Source: a virus
Taxonomy: Duplodnaviria; Caudoviricetes
Virus record (IMG/VR): IMGVR_UViG_3300026543_000013
Coordinates: 1 to 37,642 of that record
Length of the DNA stretch: 37,642 nt
Direction: 5' to 3' (one strand)
Below, one piece after another: positions 33,454 to 37,642 of the stretch. Both the position numbers and the translations under genes were made by a program. How positions within the stretch are numbered: the stretch's first letter is position 1; each line of letters begins with the position of its first letter. The notes below the pieces were generated by a model. That model was not told where the DNA came from, ran no database searches, and was given only the letters and a program-made list of their open reading frames with translations.

Positions 33454-33779
33454 TGCTCTAACTCCACTATTGAAAACTTAATGTACTCTTCGCCCTTCTT
33501 TACATCGATAGCGCGAAGATGCATTTCTTTTATCTGCCTATCATTAAATCCATACTTCTTTTGCAGGCAGTCTACAAATAATTTAACCGGGTTATCTATA
33601 TCACTGGCATGATTGCTAAAACCAAACTCCAGGCTGACCGATAAAAATCCTTCAGGTACAACCATGCGCGGTAACTTTGAGCATACTTCCCGTTCATACC
33701 GCTTGTATTTATCCGTTTTAAATCTGCGACCTTTCCACGCCTCGTTGACTGATAGCGGCTTGATGTTAAGAATGTTCAT
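33447..33779 (-). CDS. rusA: RusA-family Holliday junction resolvase
   Basis: PLSVN..W, SDIDNPVK..VDCL, NDRQI. Confidence 0.88.
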   Translation of the reverse strand: MNILNIKPLSVNEAWKGRRFKTDKYKRYEREVCSKLPRMVVPEGFLSVSLEFGFSNHASDIDNPVKLFVDCLQKKYGFNDRQIKEMHLRAIDVKKGEEYIKFSIVELEQC

Positions 33780-34102
33780 ATCTTAATAAGCCCTTTCTCA
33801 ATCATGCGCTCCCATGTTCTGAATAGGGCATCTAAAATAAATTCTCGAATGTCGCCGGGGCCAAACTCAGAATGAACCCTTCCATCAATAACATCGTGGC
33901 AATTAGAGCAGGCATAGACCGCGTACCAGTCTGGAGCCTTTAGCCCCATCCCGCTGCTTACAGGTGTTGACACATGGCAGAGCGCTACCTTTTCAGGATC
34001 GCCGTTACAGTAGGAATACATTTGAAGGGTGCAATCTTCGCCGCGAGCTGAGTCGCGCAATTTTTGGTACTTTCGCTTATACTTGTCTGAGGCCATGATC
34101 AA
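33776..34102 (-). CDS. DUF1364-family nuclease-like protein
   Basis: LRDSARGEDC...CNGDPE...GMGLK.PD...ACSNCHDVIDGR. Confidence 0.88.
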   Translation of the reverse strand: MIMASDKYKRKYQKLRDSARGEDCTLQMYSYCNGDPEKVALCHVSTPVSSGMGLKAPDWYAVYACSNCHDVIDGRVHSEFGPGDIREFILDALFRTWERMIEKGLIKI

Positions 34103-34187
34103 TACTCAACTATTGTTCTGGTTAGGAAGGAGATTTATGACTTCTCCCGGTTGCTGGGCCTCTTCGGAGGCTTGGTTAATTATACGC

Positions 34188-34556
34188 CTAATATCCGAAT
34201 CTTGTATCTTTCTTTTCTTCTATGATTCTGCGATCTAATATGCCGGATATGTGTAGCAACGAACTATAAAGCTCAGTAATTGGCGGGCATACCGGAAGCT
34301 CCTCGCCGTGATCTTTTGCGTACTGCACAGAGGGATATCCGTGTCTCTGCCATTCGGCTATGTCCCTGCAATTAATCTGCATGATGGCTTCTATCGCTGT
34401 TCTGGCATCGTTAACATGACTGGTGAGCCTTCTATGCTCTTTTGCTTTCTCTGCCGCATCTCGGATTAAATCTCTATTAACCTCACTCTCTGACCTGAAT
34501 GACTGGATAAGTTTGTTCGCCGCGTCTAGCTGTTCCTGCAATTCTTTCTTTAACAT
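34188..34556 (-). CDS. hypothetical coiled-coil protein
   Basis: Coupled ORF. Confidence 0.65.
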   Translation of the reverse strand: MLKKELQEQLDAANKLIQSFRSESEVNRDLIRDAAEKAKEHRRLTSHVNDARTAIEAIMQINCRDIAEWQRHGYPSVQYAKDHGEELPVCPPITELYSSLLHISGILDRRIIEEKKDTRFGY

Positions 34557-34894
34557 TAAATATTCCCCTTTCTGACATTAGCCGAATAAGTGCGGTAAAG
34601 CTCGACAACCATTTCAGCCGACTTTCGCTTGTTATGCAGGATATGAAACTCTATTTCAGCCTGCTTGATCAACTCAATATGAGCAATGTAGTCACCGTGG
34701 CACTCAGCAGCCATTTCCCGCTCCTTCACGCCACCTTTGGCACCTTGGAAGCAGAAAGCCCTTACTGTCTTTCGCATCTCAGCCAGGGCGTGATAATTAG
34801 CTCTAGCCCTTGCGTGTGTTTCATCAGTATCAGCTAGATAATTAACCGCCTTCTGAGTCTTCTGGTTTATTGTAAGGTCTTCTTGTTCGTTCAC
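34556..34894 (-). CDS. helical phage protein, possibly UvsY-like recombination mediator
   Basis: ERE.AA...DY...A...YRT.SAN.R pattern; lies near recombination genes. Confidence 0.5.
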   Translation of the reverse strand: MNEQEDLTINQKTQKAVNYLADTDETHARARANYHALAEMRKTVRAFCFQGAKGGVKEREMAAECHGDYIAHIELIKQAEIEFHILHNKRKSAEMVVELYRTYSANVRKGNI

Positions 34895-34913
34895 TGTTCT
34901 ATATTCCTTGTAT

Positions 34914-34948
34914 TAAAAAGGCCCGCACTTTTCAGTGACTACCGGGCA
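34914..34948 (-). terminator. intrinsic terminator
   Basis: Minus strand reads GCCCG...CAC-TGAAAA-GTG-CGGGC then CTTTTT. Confidence 0.55.
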
Positions 34949-35304
34949 AGACCTGAGGTATATAATTCCTGCGCTAAGGGTCGAGAGGGCCAGTTAATAA
35001 TAACTTTTCGCTTTAGCCTTTCTTGCTTAGCCTTGTGCTTTTTCTGTCTTGATAATGATGAGCTTTGTGAGGATATGAAAGGCAGAATATTAAACAGCTT
35101 CGCATAACCAGAAGTGTATAAGTGCGTTTTCTGGCTTCTCTTCTGTCTAAATAGAGTTCCCATATCTTCGAGCTTATCAACTTCTTTTCTCGCTCTCGTT
35201 GTTCCGCAGCCAAGACCGTTAGCAACATCCTCAAACCGGCAGCCAGGATTCTTAAATATAAAATCAATCAAGGCTGATAAGTCTACTTTTTGTGCCCTAC
35301 TCAT
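34939..35304 (-). CDS. winged-HTH DNA-binding protein (start revised to MSRAQK)
   Basis: LIDFIFKNPGC...DVANGLGC..TRARKEVDKLEDMG. Confidence 0.7.
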   Translation of the reverse strand: MSRAQKVDLSALIDFIFKNPGCRFEDVANGLGCGTTRARKEVDKLEDMGTLFRQKRSQKTHLYTSGYAKLFNILPFISSQSSSLSRQKKHKAKQERLKRKVIINWPSRPLAQELYTSGLAR

Positions 35305-35410
35305 CGTCTTCATCCTCATCAACCCATGAACAATGCTCCCCACAACAAGGGCATATACCCACATCTTCAAAGTCTCCGGCATCTGCGCCGCAACATTCAC
35401 TGATTAGCAT
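35297..35410 (-). CDS. 37-aa Zn-ribbon protein
   Basis: SECCGA...GICPCCGEHC. Confidence 0.65.
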   Translation of the reverse strand: MLISECCGADAGDFEDVGICPCCGEHCSWVDEDEDDE

Positions 35411-35978
35411 TGTGAGCCATCCTAAATTCAGTTGATTTAATAATCTCACGCTCTTTAGTGGTGAACATTCCACCCTTTGAAGGCGCAACCCATAATACTC
35501 GCTGATCGTCTTCAGATAATTCTGCCCAAGCCTCAGCTGCAGTGCTAAGATTTTCAGAATCAAAAGCTTGCTTCATTACTTGAATGGTGTCGATATGCTC
35601 CATAACCTTTGCATTGTGAGCAATAAAGAACTCGGATACTTCAAGCTTGGCCTGGTTAACAATAGCGTCGCCTACTTCATTGGCTGAGGCATACTGAGTG
35701 CCACCATACCCGCAGGAGGCTAATGCGCGCCCTATGGCTGATGTTTCGCAGTTCTCAACGGCTGAGGTCTTATTGATGTTAGTTGACCCCCTTTCCTCTT
35801 CTGCGTAGCCTGAGCCTACCTGATGGCCTGCTTCATTGTGAATAGTGGCCTTAATAACTATCAAGTCGGCATTGCTGATTAAATCGGTGTCGATAGTCCA
35901 CTCTTTATGTTCATTGCGGAAGTCGTTAATTCTCTCCGCTACCGTCATGTATTCTTTACCGTGTATATTTACTGGCAT
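35397..35978 (-). CDS. putative single-strand annealing protein (Rad52/Sak-like fold)
   Basis: GKEY.TVAER...AVENCETSAIGRALA motif. Confidence 0.65.
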   Translation of the reverse strand: MPVNIHGKEYMTVAERINDFRNEHKEWTIDTDLISNADLIVIKATIHNEAGHQVGSGYAEEERGSTNINKTSAVENCETSAIGRALASCGYGGTQYASANEVGDAIVNQAKLEVSEFFIAHNAKVMEHIDTIQVMKQAFDSENLSTAAEAWAELSEDDQRVLWVAPSKGGMFTTKEREIIKSTEFRMAHNANQ

Positions 35979-36121
35979 GATATTAATCCCATTTCAGTTA
36001 AACATTGCTCAGCTTCATACTGACAGCTATAGCCATCGTTATAATCTTGTGACATTCCAGGCTGATGAGGTACACCATCTTTACAATCACGCATACCTTT
36101 TAAATACTCGTCGCTATTCAC
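35969..36121 (-). CDS. 50-aa hypothetical protein (not in ORF track)
   Basis: GTGA coupling; EYLKGMRDCKDG...DYNDGY. Confidence 0.55.
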   Translation of the reverse strand: MNSDEYLKGMRDCKDGVPHQPGMSQDYNDGYSCQYEAEQCLTEMGLISCQ

Positions 36122-36303
36122 TTGCCACTCCTTTTAATTGCTTTCTCAGCCTTCTCAACATCCAAGGCGAGGCCCGTTGCGATATAGCAGCCCAGAAGCT
36201 GAAACTCTCTAAACTCCTCGCTAGACATACCATTCATGCCGTCGCGGAGTTTTACATAGTCGCGAGACTGCTCTAAAGTCTTATCGCTGATTTCAACTAG
36301 CAT
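36118..36303 (-). CDS. hypothetical protein (start MLVEIS)
   Basis: GGAGA RBS. Confidence 0.6.
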   Translation of the reverse strand: MLVEISDKTLEQSRDYVKLRDGMNGMSSEEFREFQLLGCYIATGLALDVEKAEKAIKRSGK

Positions 36304-36463
36304 CGTTATTCTCCACTGCAAAGCTTCCACCAGTAACAGGCTCGGCTTCTTTCTCATCGCCTAATTTCTCAAAGTTCTCTTCAAAGTTATCGAAGATAAA
36401 AGGCCCATTGTTTTTAAGATCGTTGATAATTTCGTCAAGTACTACGGGGTCTGGATTAATCAT
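36293..36463 (-). CDS. acidic 56-aa protein (not in ORF track)
   Basis: ATGA coupling; MINPDPVVLDEI. Confidence 0.5.
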   Translation of the reverse strand: MINPDPVVLDEIINDLKNNGPFIFDNFEENFEKLGDEKEAEPVTGGSFAVENNDAS

Positions 36464-36711
36464 TGTCCTGCCACCTTGACTTTATCAGATGTAATATGAA
36501 AGGCGTAAATAGGCTGACCCTTAATGGCTTGAGCTAAGTCACCTAACGCCCTAGCATTAACCTCTAGCGCTGATGCAATATCACTAATCGCCTCGCCGGT
36601 TTCAATCGTTTGGGTTACTACTATGTTAGAGAGGTGATTTCCCGCCAGTTCTTCTTTTGCTTTCTTAATGGCTTGATCGATATATTTTTGTGTGGGCGTT
36701 TTCTTTTTCAT
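36460..36711 (-). CDS. hypothetical protein (start MKKKTP)
   Basis: AGGA upstream. Confidence 0.65.
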   Translation of the reverse strand: MKKKTPTQKYIDQAIKKAKEELAGNHLSNIVVTQTIETGEAISDIASALEVNARALGDLAQAIKGQPIYAFHITSDKVKVAGQ

Positions 36712-36953
36712 TTGCTTTCTTCCTTTGTTAAATGCTTCTACCGACAAACCCGCAATGAAGCGGGGAATTGAAGGGCAGCATCCTAAGCCGCAAATTTACA
36801 TGATCCTATCCTCTGAGAGTTAAAGGAATTAATTTTGCTTCTCTTTTTCGTCTCTTAAGTTTGATATAAAGGAGCGGCTTATTTTGCACCCCTTCACCCA
36901 AGATGCCCCAGAGCCTGTAATCAGGATGGGGCGAGTTGAGACCTTAATGGGGT

Positions 36954-37265
36954 TTATCTAATAAATTCCTCGAATGATAAAGTTTTTCCGTCTTCGACTT
37001 CTACGGTCTGGTCATCAACATTAATAGTGGTTACAGGGAATTCATTGTCGTGGATTGTGGTGGTAATCCCGAAGCCGGTTTCCCCAGTTAAATCATCAAG
37101 CATCTGACAAAAGACTATTCTTGTTAGATATTGAAAGTCATCCCAGCGAGCTTTTCTAGCTAGCGCCTCCTTAACCTGAGTCACAACATCCCTACCGCCC
37201 CAGTGTGAATATAAAACCACCTGCTCTGTGCCTGATTTAATAATTACATTTGCTCTTGCGCCCAT
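36954..37265 (-). CDS. conserved early phage protein (MG.R...LYSHWGG family)
   Basis: First gene of the leftward operon; AAGGA RBS. Confidence 0.75.
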   Translation of the reverse strand: MGARANVIIKSGTEQVVLYSHWGGRDVVTQVKEALARKARWDDFQYLTRIVFCQMLDDLTGETGFGITTTIHDNEFPVTTINVDDQTVEVEDGKTLSFEEFIR

Positions 37266-37303
37266 CGTCTTATCCTTTGGTGTGTTGGTAGTTGATGTAA
37301 GTC

Positions 37304-37368
37304 AATTTACACCTCATGTAATCATAAGTCAAATAAATACTTGTAAATATTTTCAGATGGTGTAAATT
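37304..37368. promoter_or_regulatory. back-to-back divergent promoters
   Basis: Left: TTGACT-17-TAAATT; right: TTGTAA-16-TAAATT; both share GGTGTAAATT as an inverted repeat. Confidence 0.65.
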
Positions 37369-37393
37369 ACACACTAACCAAAGAGGAACTATT

Positions 37394-37609
37394 ATGTCTC
37401 CAGTCCAATACAAAGAATTACTTAGGCGGTATGTAAGGATTAATTTCGCAACCCAGTACGAGGCTGCTGAGTTTTTCGATTGTAGCCCTACAACACTTTC
37501 GCTCGTTATGAGTGAGGATCGAAGCCCTACAGATGGAATGCTTGAGGCTACAGGGCATAAGCGGCTAAGGGTTAATAAGATTAGCTATGTTAAAGATGAA
37601 TCTATCTAA
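37394..37609 (+). CDS. Cro-like HTH regulator
   Basis: TQYEAAEFFDCSPTTLSLVMS.DRSP HTH pattern; first gene of the rightward operon. Confidence 0.75.
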   Translation: MSPVQYKELLRRYVRINFATQYEAAEFFDCSPTTLSLVMSEDRSPTDGMLEATGHKRLRVNKISYVKDESI

Positions 37610-37642
37610 CTATTAACGGAGACAATCTTATGAAACGAATCA
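37526..37642 (+). repeat. Terminal direct repeat copy 2
   Basis: Exact match to 1-117. Confidence 0.95.

Larger units (their letters stand above)
1..37642. mobile_element. Complete podovirus-like bacteriophage genome (circular assembly, ~37,525 bp unique)
   Basis: Identical 117-bp ends; full terminase-portal-scaffold-capsid-tail tube-internal virion-tailspike block; lysis genes; no host housekeeping genes. Confidence 0.95.

Overview
The window is an apparently complete, circularly assembled ~37.5 kb tailed-phage genome: bases 1-117 are repeated exactly at 37526-37642. It has a podovirus (T7/BPP-1/P22-like) morphogenesis block on the + strand: TerS, TerL, portal, scaffold, major capsid, decoration proteins, tail tubular A/B, three internal virion proteins and a beta-helix tailspike. 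Two arms of small accessory genes are transcribed divergently from ~37.3 kb. The minus arm carries a Rad52-like annealing protein, DUF1364, RusA, a 3TM holin, YopX, an M15 endolysin, an outer-membrane beta-barrel, Lar and an HNH protein. Sigma70-type promoters, IHF consensus sites and the OMP suggest a Gram-negative, probably proteobacterial, host. I see no integrase, CI repressor, DNA polymerase, primase, helicase or replication initiator. The most unusual items are: (i) a ~600-nt promoter-driven, densely base-paired non-coding tract (2576-3155) with a nested anticodon-less tRNA-like domain; (ii) a cloverleaf leader with anti-Shine-Dalgarno loops (C4/CI-antisense-like) in front of a fibre gene inserted between scaffold and capsid; (iii) an ART-PolyVal-like ADP-ribosyltransferase-fold domain inserted into the large ejection protein. 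All calls come from reading the sequence by eye; no searches were run.
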